A DNA stretch of 64,000 nt from Fibrobacterales bacterium (lineage in GTDB: Bacteria; Fibrobacterota; Fibrobacteria; Fibrobacterales; JAOPTW01), in contig JAOPTX010000003.1 in assembly GCA_051532055.1 (NCBI GenBank), forward strand, positions 167,356 to 231,355. Direction: 5' to 3'. Both the position numbers and the translations under genes were made by a program. The notes beneath the pieces are model-generated. The model was given only the letters and a program-made list of their open reading frames with translations. It did no database searches and was not told the origin of the DNA. Below, one piece after another: positions 46,715-55,952 of this stretch (position 1 is the first letter of the stretch; each line of letters starts with the position of its first letter).

Positions 46715-49510
46715 ATGAAATACACCAGACTACAACAAATTATTCAGAGCACCTTGCTGCTAGTAGTGGCGGCTTCAATGACCGCCTTCAGCGCTTTTTC
46801 TGGAATGGGTGATGGCACTGAAGCAAGTCCTTATCAGATATCGTCGATTGAACAATTACAAGAAATGCAGAATGAACTAAATAAGCATTATATCTTAATT
46901 GATAACATAAATGCTGAGGGTACTTTAACTTGGAATAATAGCGCTGGATTTGTTTCTATAGGCACTGAAGAATCACCTTTTGAGGGTACTTTTGATGGTC
47001 AAGAGTTTACCATACATAAATTAGTGATTAAAGATGAGACACACTATAAACCACTTGGCCTTTTTTCAGTAGTAGGCGAAAATGGCACAGTGAAAAATGT
47101 GACGGTGAGTGGTTCAGTAACGGGATATAACACTGTTGGTGGAATCGTGGGGGAACTTAATGGCACCCTAATCAATGTACATAACCGTTCGTCAGTTATT
47201 GGAAGTGAGAATGTAGGAGGGGTTATCGGTAGACTTACTGCTACAGGACACATATCTCAGCTCATGAATAGTGGAACGGTCTCTGCATTTAGAGGTGCTG
47301 CGGGGGTTGTTGCTTTTGCTTATGAGGCAACCATAGCAGATGTAATGAATATGGGGTCAATAACAGCTGAAATCAGTGCTGCAGGAATTTGTTATCGTTC
47401 TTCAAAAGGAACCATTACGCGGGTAGTAAATATTGGACCGGTGTTGGCAAAACGTTCTGGTTCGTATGGGGTATATGGAGGAGGAACTCAGAGTGGGCCC
47501 GCAGTTATTACTCACGCCTATTGGGATAGTAACATCGTAAATGGTAAATGGGATAATTATGGTGAAAGCCTTTCTACTCTTAATATGAAATTAAAAGAGT
47601 CGTATAAAACATTTGATTTTGACAACATATGGGCAATAGATGAAGGACATACCTATCCTTATTTTAAAGATAGGTACCACCCTATACAACCATTTTCAGA
47701 TGTGAGTGAGACAACGTCAATTACAGATAGCTCAACGTTATTGGACAATGATATAACATTTAATGATCAATTTACTGGTGTGGTTAAAATAGAAGATGCA
47801 TCGTTTCTTAATGAAACTCGGGATACGCTGTACAGAAGGTATCGCGCTGGTGAAATTGATTTACAGAATGATACCCTATGGGGAGGGTATTCACACATAA
47901 TGATTCCTTGGGACTCTATTATTCCTCTCGCCACTCTTGGTGATCTATTAACCATAGGGAAGAAGTGGGATACACCACGTGAGGGTTCGTATATTTTAAC
48001 TAATAATATTGATGCATCGCAAAATACCGAACAAGCATCAAACTCTAATGCCTTTCCCATCGATTATCATGACAGGCCTTTTTCGGGAATCTTAGATGGG
48101 AATAATTTCACTATTTATAATATTAACCTTACTACAGATTTTGATTACTTGGCATTGTTTCAAGAAATTGATAGTCTGGGGGTCGTTAAGCGATTAGGAG
48201 TCTCAGGTGATAGTGAATGTGAAAGTAACTGTGCGGGAATTGCTCATGAAAACTATGGTACTATATCACAATCATTTGTGAGTATGGATATTTTACTTGA
48301 AACAAATCGTGCAGGGGGTATTGCGGTTTATAACTATGGTACTATTGAAGAATCATATTTTGCTGGAACTATTTACGCACCTTGGGGGCAATCAAGTGGA
48401 ATTTGTTATCAAAATACCGGTCTTATCGAAAATAGTTATTCTGTGGGGACGGTATATACCTCCAGTTGGACAGGTGGTATTGCTTTTGAAAACAGAGGGT
48501 ACCATAGACCAACCGCGGTTCATAATAAACAAGGAACTATTCGGAACTCTTATACTACAATGTCTCACCTAACGGCCGATAAAACCAAAGGAATATATGG
48601 GTTAAATGCGGGTACCATTGAGTACTCTTTTTATAATAGTGACTGGGCGCAACAGACGACTCAATCGATTGGGGCAAAAAACACACAGGAGTTAATGACT
48701 TTAGAGACCTTTGCTGAGTGGGATATGGCCACTATTTGGAGGCTAGACTCTCAGAGTGCTTTTCCCATTCTGCGAAACGTGACCAATGTTCCCATTGGGT
48801 TTCCTGATTATAGAGCGGATCACAGCGATAGACATGACTCATTAAGCCTTTTGACTAATGACTTTAATAGTACCGAGAACAAGCTCACTTTTGTGATACT
48901 TGATAGTAATCAGTTTTCCGCAGATAGTTTACTTCAATTTTCCTTTTATAAGCCTGGTATCATTATGGATCATGATGATACCTTGTGGGGTGGTGCTGTT
49001 CCGATAACAATGCCCGCACCTATGGGGATTGTACTTTCATCTTCAGTATTCATTAGCTCTTCAAGTTTAGCCGTTTCAGAGTCTTCAGAGTCCATTGTGA
49101 GTAGTTCCTCTGTAGTGAGTAGTAGTTCCGTTGAGCCAAAAAGCAGCGCACTTGAGAGTAGTAGTGTTGTTTTTAAATTTAGCAGTAGTTCGGATGAGGA
49201 CGACGATGAAGAATCTGAGGAATCGTCAAGTGATGACCCGTCTCCTGAACGTTTTTCGAGTAGTATTACGACCTCATTGTATAAAAGTCTTACTCATGGA
49301 CTTAATGTGTATAGACCAAATTATATACAGATTGACCATCAAGCACCGTATATAGTCACCATTTATACAATTTTTGGACAGAAACTAAGAGTCATTAAAG
49401 GAAGTAATTCGGGGGAACATTATTTGAAAACCCCTTTACCGTCAATGCCACTCCTTTTTGTTTTACAACAAAATGGAGTCGTGAATCATTTTTTGTTTAC
49501 CGTTCAATAA
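46715..49510 (+). CDS. Secreted GLUG-motif protein (two modules) with Ser-rich linker and T9SS-like CTD
   Basis: RBS aaagga; FSG.GDGT..SPYQI, F.G.FDG...TI, VGGIVG, FDFDNIW.I....YP, second module; CTD IYTIFGQKL. Confidence 0.82.
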   Translation: MKYTRLQQIIQSTLLLVVAASMTAFSAFSGMGDGTEASPYQISSIEQLQEMQNELNKHYILIDNINAEGTLTWNNSAGFVSIGTEESPFEGTFDGQEFTIHKLVIKDETHYKPLGLFSVVGENGTVKNVTVSGSVTGYNTVGGIVGELNGTLINVHNRSSVIGSENVGGVIGRLTATGHISQLMNSGTVSAFRGAAGVVAFAYEATIADVMNMGSITAEISAAGICYRSSKGTITRVVNIGPVLAKRSGSYGVYGGGTQSGPAVITHAYWDSNIVNGKWDNYGESLSTLNMKLKESYKTFDFDNIWAIDEGHTYPYFKDRYHPIQPFSDVSETTSITDSSTLLDNDITFNDQFTGVVKIEDASFLNETRDTLYRRYRAGEIDLQNDTLWGGYSHIMIPWDSIIPLATLGDLLTIGKKWDTPREGSYILTNNIDASQNTEQASNSNAFPIDYHDRPFSGILDGNNFTIYNINLTTDFDYLALFQEIDSLGVVKRLGVSGDSECESNCAGIAHENYGTISQSFVSMDILLETNRAGGIAVYNYGTIEESYFAGTIYAPWGQSSGICYQNTGLIENSYSVGTVYTSSWTGGIAFENRGYHRPTAVHNKQGTIRNSYTTMSHLTADKTKGIYGLNAGTIEYSFYNSDWAQQTTQSIGAKNTQELMTLETFAEWDMATIWRLDSQSAFPILRNVTNVPIGFPDYRADHSDRHDSLSLLTNDFNSTENKLTFVILDSNQFSADSLLQFSFYKPGIIMDHDDTLWGGAVPITMPAPMGIVLSSSVFISSSSLAVSESSESIVSSSSVVSSSSVEPKSSALESSSVVFKFSSSSDEDDDEESEESSSDDPSPERFSSSITTSLYKSLTHGLNVYRPNYIQIDHQAPYIVTIYTIFGQKLRVIKGSNSGEHYLKTPLPSMPLLFVLQQNGVVNHFLFTVQ

Positions 49511-49523
49511 CTTTGAGGGATCT

Positions 49524-50276
49524 GTGAATAATCTGGCCTTTGTACTTTTCTTGTTATCATTTTTAAGTTCAGCTATTGGGGCTAATGCGAATTTGACAGT
49601 GAATATATTTTTTAAGGAGAATGGATACGTAGTCTATGGTCCGGAAGGGAGTCTTCCTGTAGTATTCTATAGGAATTCACCGCATTTTGATCAAATGTTT
49701 ATTACCGATGTAAATGATAATGAAATACAATATCAAAATGGAACAAAAGATGTTGTTATGACTCTTGATGATAGTTATCCGAATAAGCTTTCGATTGGTG
49801 ATACCGTAAAAGTTAAGTCAGACACAATTGTCATAGAACGGAAGGATATTGCAACGTATAGAAGGTATAGGGTGCCAATGCCTTATTATTTAAATAAGAA
49901 CTTTGACAACCTTATCAAGAAAATCAAAAAGAAAAATATGTCATTCTCCTTTATGTTTTTTATCCCTGAAGGGAGTGCAATTGAACATATCCTTGCTAAA
50001 ATTATAAAGGAAAAACACTTTAAGCCAACATTGGTTGTTAGTTATAGAGACTTCGAAATACGGGACCTTTTTTTGTTTCAGAATTCTAAGGAAGGGCCGA
50101 TGCATAAAGTGTCTCTTGCATATCCCAATGCGAAACCATCACTCAATCCTAATGTTATACGAAATGAACATCTTAAGTCAGGGCAGTATGAAGGGATCCT
50201 CAAGCGTTTTAATCAAGGGTTGAGTGCGATAAGTAAGGTTTTGGATGAAAGGTCAATTAAGCTGAAGAAGCAGTAA
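49524..50276 (+). CDS. Hypothetical exported basic protein
   Basis: Signal-like N-terminus; GTG start 13 bp after the upstream stop, with gaggga RBS. Confidence 0.55.
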   Translation: MNNLAFVLFLLSFLSSAIGANANLTVNIFFKENGYVVYGPEGSLPVVFYRNSPHFDQMFITDVNDNEIQYQNGTKDVVMTLDDSYPNKLSIGDTVKVKSDTIVIERKDIATYRRYRVPMPYYLNKNFDNLIKKIKKKNMSFSFMFFIPEGSAIEHILAKIIKEKHFKPTLVVSYRDFEIRDLFLFQNSKEGPMHKVSLAYPNAKPSLNPNVIRNEHLKSGQYEGILKRFNQGLSAISKVLDERSIKLKKQ

Positions 50277-50349
50277 CTTATTAATATAATTCAATAAAAG
50301 TATTTCGCGTAACCTACACTCTAATGGAAGATAAAATGTCACTCACCAA

Positions 50350-50372
50350 TACGCTTACTTCATGTAAGCGTA
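50350..50372. promoter_or_regulatory. Perfect 9-5-9 inverted repeat (operator or hairpin)
   Basis: tacgcttac-ttcat-gtaagcgta. Confidence 0.45.
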
Positions 50373-50470
50373 AAACAAGGGGTGTTGTAATATAGTTATA
50401 AAAATTAAAATCATTTATAACTATATTAACTCAAGAAATATTTTTTGATCTTGTTTGCTGAGGGCACCCT

Positions 50471-51361
50471 ATGAAATCAATGCAACTTTTGGGCGTTAGC
50501 TGTTTAATAACCATGATGGTGCTGTCATGTAGCCGTACTCATGGTACAGACAGTGATATTGGCACTCAATTATCCAGTGAAAGAATCCTCTCATCAAGTA
50601 GTGGATCCCTTCTTTCCTCTCAGTCGTTGTCTTCTGTTAAAACCGAATCATCTTCCGCACTTAATGCATCATCATCTTCCCACGTTGTTATGACTGCTGC
50701 ACCATCTTCAAGTTCAAAGAGCATCAGCTCTCAGGGTATGGCGTCGGTTGTACCAAGCAGCTCCGGTGTTGAGGCCGCACTACCAACAGAGCCATTAAGT
50801 GACAAGGTGAAAGGTGTTATTTTACCTGAGTTCAGCTCAGAAATAACTTCATCGAGTAGTATATCGTCGTCAACCGATCATATAAGTTCATCTATTAAGT
50901 CGAATGGAGCTCTCACAATTTCTTCGAGTATAGAGTGGTCAAGTCCTCAAATGCTATCGAGTAATACGGATACTACGTACCTTGAAATTAAAAAGATTTT
51001 TGGTCCGGCATCTATGTATTTAGATGATCCTAAAAGTCCTGTTCGCTATTATAAAGATGAAGCACTCATTAGAAGAATTCTTCGTGAGGATTCCTATGTA
51101 CTTCCCCCAGGTAAACAGGTAATCCGGCTCCATTGGACTGGTTCTGATACGAGTTATTCTGGAGGATTCCATATGCCGATGTTGGTAAATGATACAATTC
51201 AAATGGGAGTATTTATACATCACGCATTTGCTTGTTATTCTGGCCAAATGATGGTGGGGGAGGTAATCATATTTGAGGTTGATGATTGGGACTATCCAAC
51301 TCGTATCATTAAGGAACATACTTACGAAAATGAGCCTACTGAGAACCCATGTGGCGATTAA
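50471..51361 (+). CDS. Ser-rich lipoprotein with unknown C-terminal domain
   Basis: Lipobox VLS-C; about 135-aa Ser-rich linker, then a globular domain. Confidence 0.7.
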   Translation: MKSMQLLGVSCLITMMVLSCSRTHGTDSDIGTQLSSERILSSSSGSLLSSQSLSSVKTESSSALNASSSSHVVMTAAPSSSSKSISSQGMASVVPSSSGVEAALPTEPLSDKVKGVILPEFSSEITSSSSISSSTDHISSSIKSNGALTISSSIEWSSPQMLSSNTDTTYLEIKKIFGPASMYLDDPKSPVRYYKDEALIRRILREDSYVLPPGKQVIRLHWTGSDTSYSGGFHMPMLVNDTIQMGVFIHHAFACYSGQMMVGEVIIFEVDDWDYPTRIIKEHTYENEPTENPCGD

Positions 51362-51375
51362 CGATCACATTTGTC

Positions 51376-52020
51376 TTAAGCCGAAAAGCAAATAAGCTTT
51401 CTATCAATCGTAACTTTTGAAAACCCAATCGACTCTGTAATCCATGCAATGGTGTTTTTATGATAGATAAAAACATGGGTAGGGTCATTGAGGTAATACC
51501 AATTTTTTAACGGGGTATGTTCATCATAAATGTGGGTCATGCAATAGAGTGTGCCCCCTTTTTTTAGAAGACTCTTTAACAGCTTAAACTCTTTGTATGG
51601 GTCATGAAAATGTTCAATGACCTCACAGCACGCAATATAGTCATAGGTGGTATTGAGTCGCTCTGGGTATTTATGAAAGAATGGGTCATAGGGAGTTATT
51701 TGGTATTTGTTATCCGTGAGTACCTTGGTGATAACAGGTCCCGTTCCAGCTCCAAAATCAAGTCCACTATGCTCAGTTTTATAATTTTCGGTGATTGCTG
51801 AAGTAATAGGGGAAACAAACTTTTGGAATCCAGGGTGGTTTACATCGTTGTCATGCTCCTCGTAACGCATTTTTTCATCTGCATTATCAAGTATATATTC
51901 GGGATCGACAAACATACCATAGCACCGCACACATTGAAAGTAACGTTTCGTTTTAATCTGGTGAATGACTTTCCCAGGTTTTCCACAGAGTGGGCAAGTA
52001 TGTTTGGTATTGTTGTGCAT
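51376..52020 (-). CDS. Class I SAM-dependent methyltransferase with N-terminal zinc ribbon
   Basis: CPLC...CVRC, GLDFGAGTGP, YDPFF, EVIEHF, WYY.NDPTHV. Confidence 0.88.
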   Translation of the reverse strand: MHNNTKHTCPLCGKPGKVIHQIKTKRYFQCVRCYGMFVDPEYILDNADEKMRYEEHDNDVNHPGFQKFVSPITSAITENYKTEHSGLDFGAGTGPVITKVLTDNKYQITPYDPFFHKYPERLNTTYDYIACCEVIEHFHDPYKEFKLLKSLLKKGGTLYCMTHIYDEHTPLKNWYYLNDPTHVFIYHKNTIAWITESIGFSKVTIDRKLICFSA

Positions 52021-52197
52021 TCTGTAAATATACCCATTACTTATTAAGTATTCACGAATTTCACATTTTAGATTACAGAGACCGCTCGTCTGCTCACATA
52101 TTGGGAGCGCTCGTTTGTAAGAGGGTTTCCTTATTTTCTCTATAGAGGAGTATTATAGTTATCATTATAAGGAACTGGGATTGCTAGGAGATATATT

Positions 52198-53523
52198 GTG
52201 CTAAAGATATTACAACAATTTATTACGAAGTTTGCACTATTTACATGGGTTACATTGACGCTCATGGGTTGTTTTGAGGCAGCATCTCAAACAGCAAGCT
52301 GTAGTGATGATGACTGTGGATCCAGTATAGAAAGCGTAGAGAGTAGCTCAAGTATAGAGAGTAGTGAGAGCACATATGAGCGTTCCTCTGCTGAAAAATT
52401 GGGCGGTGGTTCAAGTAATAGTAGTTCAGATAATTTGAGCTCTAGTGGAGCTTTGGATAAACATGTAGAGAGCTCGAGTAGTACCCACATAGACATACGT
52501 CATTCAAGTGATGCCGCAGAGGTGTGTTACTACCAGGGAATTACCTACAATGGTGATGATGTAATGCCCAATGATGGTTGTAATACATGTGTGTGTGATG
52601 CTGGCAGAAGAAATTGTACCAACAATACCTGTGGCGACTGTAGCTATGATACAAAAGTATATGACCATGGTAATCTTTTTAATGCGACTGATGGCTGTAA
52701 TCAGTGCGGATGTGTCGATGGGTCGGTGGAGTGTACTGATAATGGTTGTGATACCGCAATGTGCCTTGCCATTTGCTCGAATAGTATTGGGAATTACACT
52801 ATCGTGACTGAACAGGGGGACACCCTTATTACTCTCAATGGAGGTGAACTTACTTATGATTCATTAGTGGTTAGATTTAGTATTCAGTTTGATTCTGGAT
52901 CACTCATTAGCTGGTATCTCTCTTCAAATAAAACAGAATACCTTGATGCTCAGCTCGATTCAAAATTAAATCCCATTTTTAAACCAAAACATATGACTTT
53001 ATATATTGATGGTGCGAAGGAATTCTATACCGTCACTCTTACCCCTGATTGGGTTGTTGATGATGTGTGCGGTACCAGTTGTCTGGTAAATCAGGAGAGT
53101 TTACTCGTTACTGCTCAATTACAGCCCAAAAGTGTAAAGGGGTGTAAAGTAGATGATGATTGCACTATGTTTGAGGCGCTGGAAGGCGACTTTGGATATG
53201 TCTGTAATCATGGTGATGTGTTACGGTGTGGTATGCGGCCAAGTACAGAACCTTGGGAGGATGAGTGTGACACTAACAGTGATTGTGAAGAAGGATATGC
53301 GTGTACCCTAGAGCGGAAGCTTAGCTGTGAAAAAGAAGATAATGACCTCTATGCGTGCACTCCAACCTGCGCTGTACTTGAATGTGCTGAGGGGTATACC
53401 TGTGAAGATGACGCCTGCATTCGTAACTGCACTCAAGATAGTGAGTGCTTAGGGGCAACTTATTGTGATTCAGGAACCTGTGTTGCTTTTGGATACTGTA
53501 CTGATAATACTCCGGTTCCTTAG
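52198..53523 (+). CDS. Cys-rich lipoprotein with two VWC/pacifastin-like modules and C-terminal small Cys repeats
   Basis: Lipobox LMG-C; DGCNTCVCDAGRRNCTNNTC and DGCNQCGCVDGSVECTDNGC; C..D.DC..G..C repeats. Confidence 0.75.
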   Translation: MLKILQQFITKFALFTWVTLTLMGCFEAASQTASCSDDDCGSSIESVESSSSIESSESTYERSSAEKLGGGSSNSSSDNLSSSGALDKHVESSSSTHIDIRHSSDAAEVCYYQGITYNGDDVMPNDGCNTCVCDAGRRNCTNNTCGDCSYDTKVYDHGNLFNATDGCNQCGCVDGSVECTDNGCDTAMCLAICSNSIGNYTIVTEQGDTLITLNGGELTYDSLVVRFSIQFDSGSLISWYLSSNKTEYLDAQLDSKLNPIFKPKHMTLYIDGAKEFYTVTLTPDWVVDDVCGTSCLVNQESLLVTAQLQPKSVKGCKVDDDCTMFEALEGDFGYVCNHGDVLRCGMRPSTEPWEDECDTNSDCEEGYACTLERKLSCEKEDNDLYACTPTCAVLECAEGYTCEDDACIRNCTQDSECLGATYCDSGTCVAFGYCTDNTPVP

Positions 53524-53536
53524 TGATATCCACTAA

Positions 53537-53564
53537 AAAGGCCACCCAAATAAGAGTGGCCTTT
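53537..53564. terminator. Terminator between convergent genes
   Basis: aaaggccac...gtggccttt inverted repeat with an A-run on the left. Confidence 0.75.
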
Positions 53565-53590
53565 AAATAACAAAAAATTACTAATAACCG

Positions 53591-54502
53591 TTAGTGAGTT
53601 GCTGTTTGAGATGCTGTGTTTTTAGCGATACCATTTAACGAGTACGTGAAATTATACTCAATGATGTCGTTTGCTGTTACTGTCTGAGGAATTGAGAAGG
53701 TAAAATGTTTTTGCGTTCCAGACATTCTATAATTGTACTGAGATGATCCGTTGATTGAATAATGAACGTCTACCCATTGAAGATCTTTAATGGCTGTTAC
53801 TGCAAGTGTTTGAGTTGCTGATGCGTAAGAGCCTTCAACAACAGGTACTATACCACTAACATATATCGTAGACCATTGGCTATTTGCTATCCCACCGTTA
53901 GTGAATGATGTAGTGTAGTATTCGATGACATCACCATTTGCAAGGTTTTGGAATAGTTCTTGGGTGAATGCACTCGTAGCAGTTTTAGTCATTCTGTAGT
54001 TTAATTGTCCACCATCGTTAATGGTATAATGGATATCTGCCCACTCTGTATTTTCGAGCGTAAGATTGATTGAACGATCATTTGCATCGAAAACTGTAGT
54101 CGAAGAGTATTCTATAGAAACGGTAAGAAAAATATCATTACCCCCATATACAATGTTAGATGTATGGTTAGGGTTACGCACTTTTGCATCGATGCCTATT
54201 TGATAAAGATTGTTTCCATTTATTCTATAGTCAGTCTCAACGTCATAGAGTTCCCAATCGGTACAATTTGCTGTTGAATATGTATAGGTTGTTACATCAT
54301 ACAGCGTGGCTTTACAGTCACTAATAGCTACTGAAATACCAGTTATTTCATTATCTGTATCGAGTGTTATTACTTTTTCTTTGTAAGGAGCTCTCACACC
54401 ATCTCCGAGTCCGACCGAAGCATCTGCATGCTCGTATGTATATGTTCCTGCAAACGAAGTCGTAACGAGTAATGCGGTGCCGAGTAGTAGTTTGTTGATC
54501 AT
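53591..54502 (-). CDS. Secreted non-catalytic protein with two CBM56-like domains
   Basis: Signal TSFA|G; WADIHYTINDGGQLNYRMT...NGDVIEYY and WVDVHYSINGSSQYNYRM...DIIEYNFTY. Confidence 0.72.
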   Translation of the reverse strand: MINKLLLGTALLVTTSFAGTYTYEHADASVGLGDGVRAPYKEKVITLDTDNEITGISVAISDCKATLYDVTTYTYSTANCTDWELYDVETDYRINGNNLYQIGIDAKVRNPNHTSNIVYGGNDIFLTVSIEYSSTTVFDANDRSINLTLENTEWADIHYTINDGGQLNYRMTKTATSAFTQELFQNLANGDVIEYYTTSFTNGGIANSQWSTIYVSGIVPVVEGSYASATQTLAVTAIKDLQWVDVHYSINGSSQYNYRMSGTQKHFTFSIPQTVTANDIIEYNFTYSLNGIAKNTASQTATH

Positions 54503-54606
54503 TGTAAGCCTTTATTTGTGTGTTTGTGTGTTGTGGTAATAATATAGTGTGAAAAATTAACACATCAAAATTGGTTTTTTACAAAATACTCATTCTGGCA
54601 GTCTAT

Positions 54607-54626
54607 CTGTTGCAACGCTGTTGCAA
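54607..54626. promoter_or_regulatory. Direct repeat ctgttgcaa x2, 11-bp period
   Basis: ctgttgcaa at 54607 and 54618, upstream of the CBM56 gene. Confidence 0.45.
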
Positions 54627-54807
54627 AATGCAGAAGATTGGGTTTGTTTAGTTGTGTTGGACTAGGGGCATTAGATATATATGCGAGTATTGGGCAAAGA
54701 GTATAGAGGACTCTACTTAAACACACCATGACTGTTATAATGTGCAAAGAATCAATTTCAGTATTTAGTAAGTGAATTGTCTTTGATAGTATCGGTCCAA
54801 ATATATT

Positions 54808-54867
54808 AGTACGCTTTGAGTACAAACGAGTACGCTTTGAGTACGCTTATCAGTCATAACAATACGC
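54808..54867 (+). promoter_or_regulatory. Helically phased direct-repeat array (agtacgctttg), candidate operator
   Basis: AGTAC at 54808, 54819, 54829 and 54840 (spacing 11/10/11), plus TACGC at 54863, two turns after the last core. Confidence 0.65.
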
Positions 54868-54954
54868 ACTCCCTTTTTCTCAATATACATTTTGCTTACC
54901 TTTGTTTTGTAGGACACACTTACAATAACATATACACACTACAAAGGAGTCACC

Positions 54955-55662
54955 ATGAAATTGGGACAAATCATTAAATCATCATTATTGACATTGGCAG
55001 TTGCAGCATCTGTAGCTTCTGCAGCAAACTACGAACTCGTATCACAAGGTGCAACTGCAACTGCAACTACAACAGAGTCATATGATCTTTCTACTTCTAA
55101 TCTTTTTGATGGAAATACTGGAACTCGTTGGGCGTCTGAATTTTTGGCTAACCAAGAAGTGGTCATTGATCTTGGTTCACGTAAATATATAGACAAAATT
55201 TCTCTTAACTGGGAAGCTGCCTTCGCAACTCAGTTTAAAATTCAAGTATCAAATGACGCTATTAACTGGGATGCTAATCGTCGTACTAAATATGTAACTG
55301 GTACTCAAGCGGGAATTCAAGAAATCGTAGGTGACTTCTCTAAGCACCGGTATATTAAGCTTTTACTCGAAGAAAGAGCATTACCAGCCTATGGTTTTTC
55401 TCTATATGAAGTAGAAGTGTTTACAGACAACGATCTACATCATAAAGCAAAATCAGTTGATCTCTTTCAATTTAGCGACTGGGGTGGATTACCAAAACCT
55501 GAGTGTGGATACGACAACGTTGGCTCTATCTCTGCTCAAACAAATGGTCACTATTTTCAAACTACCACTATCTATGCTTGTGTAAAAGGCTTTGATGGCC
55601 AAACAGGTAACCATGTATATGGTTGGGTACCAATGGCTTCAGGCGATCAACTTTTCGAATAA
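54955..55662 (+). CDS. Secreted discoidin/F5-8 type C (CBM32-like) protein
   Basis: RBS aaggag; signal VASA|A; FDGNTGTRWAS, IDLG, LNWEAAFAT.F.IQVS.D...W, YGFSLYEVEV. Confidence 0.88.
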   Translation: MKLGQIIKSSLLTLAVAASVASAANYELVSQGATATATTTESYDLSTSNLFDGNTGTRWASEFLANQEVVIDLGSRKYIDKISLNWEAAFATQFKIQVSNDAINWDANRRTKYVTGTQAGIQEIVGDFSKHRYIKLLLEERALPAYGFSLYEVEVFTDNDLHHKAKSVDLFQFSDWGGLPKPECGYDNVGSISAQTNGHYFQTTTIYACVKGFDGQTGNHVYGWVPMASGDQLFE

Positions 55663-55712
55663 TTGTTAACCGATTAGTGTTGATTAAATAGTAGGGTATT
55701 GTTACCGATACC

Positions 55713-55747
55713 AAAAGAGGCTTTCTCATAATGAGGAGCCTCTTTTT
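55713..55747 (+). terminator. Intrinsic terminator
   Basis: aaaagaggctttctca-taa-tgaggagcctcttttt. Confidence 0.85.
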
Positions 55748-55952
55748 ATTATTGATTATACATTAACGTGCTTAACATGTCAAAGTGATTTTTACGATGA
55801 TTTTAAAGTAAAATGTACAGTAAATCAACTACAAATAAAGATTTTTTGGTATATTCCTTTTCGGAAATTATTTTCATAGCTCCATGAGGGGGAGGTATGA
55901 AAGAGGGAAAATTTTTCGTTACGGGACACACATGCGATTGAAAAACACACCT

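Noticed and set aside
54808..54867. Possible CRISPR array
   Set aside because: Units are 10-11 bp and contiguous, with no unique spacers and no cas genes in the window.
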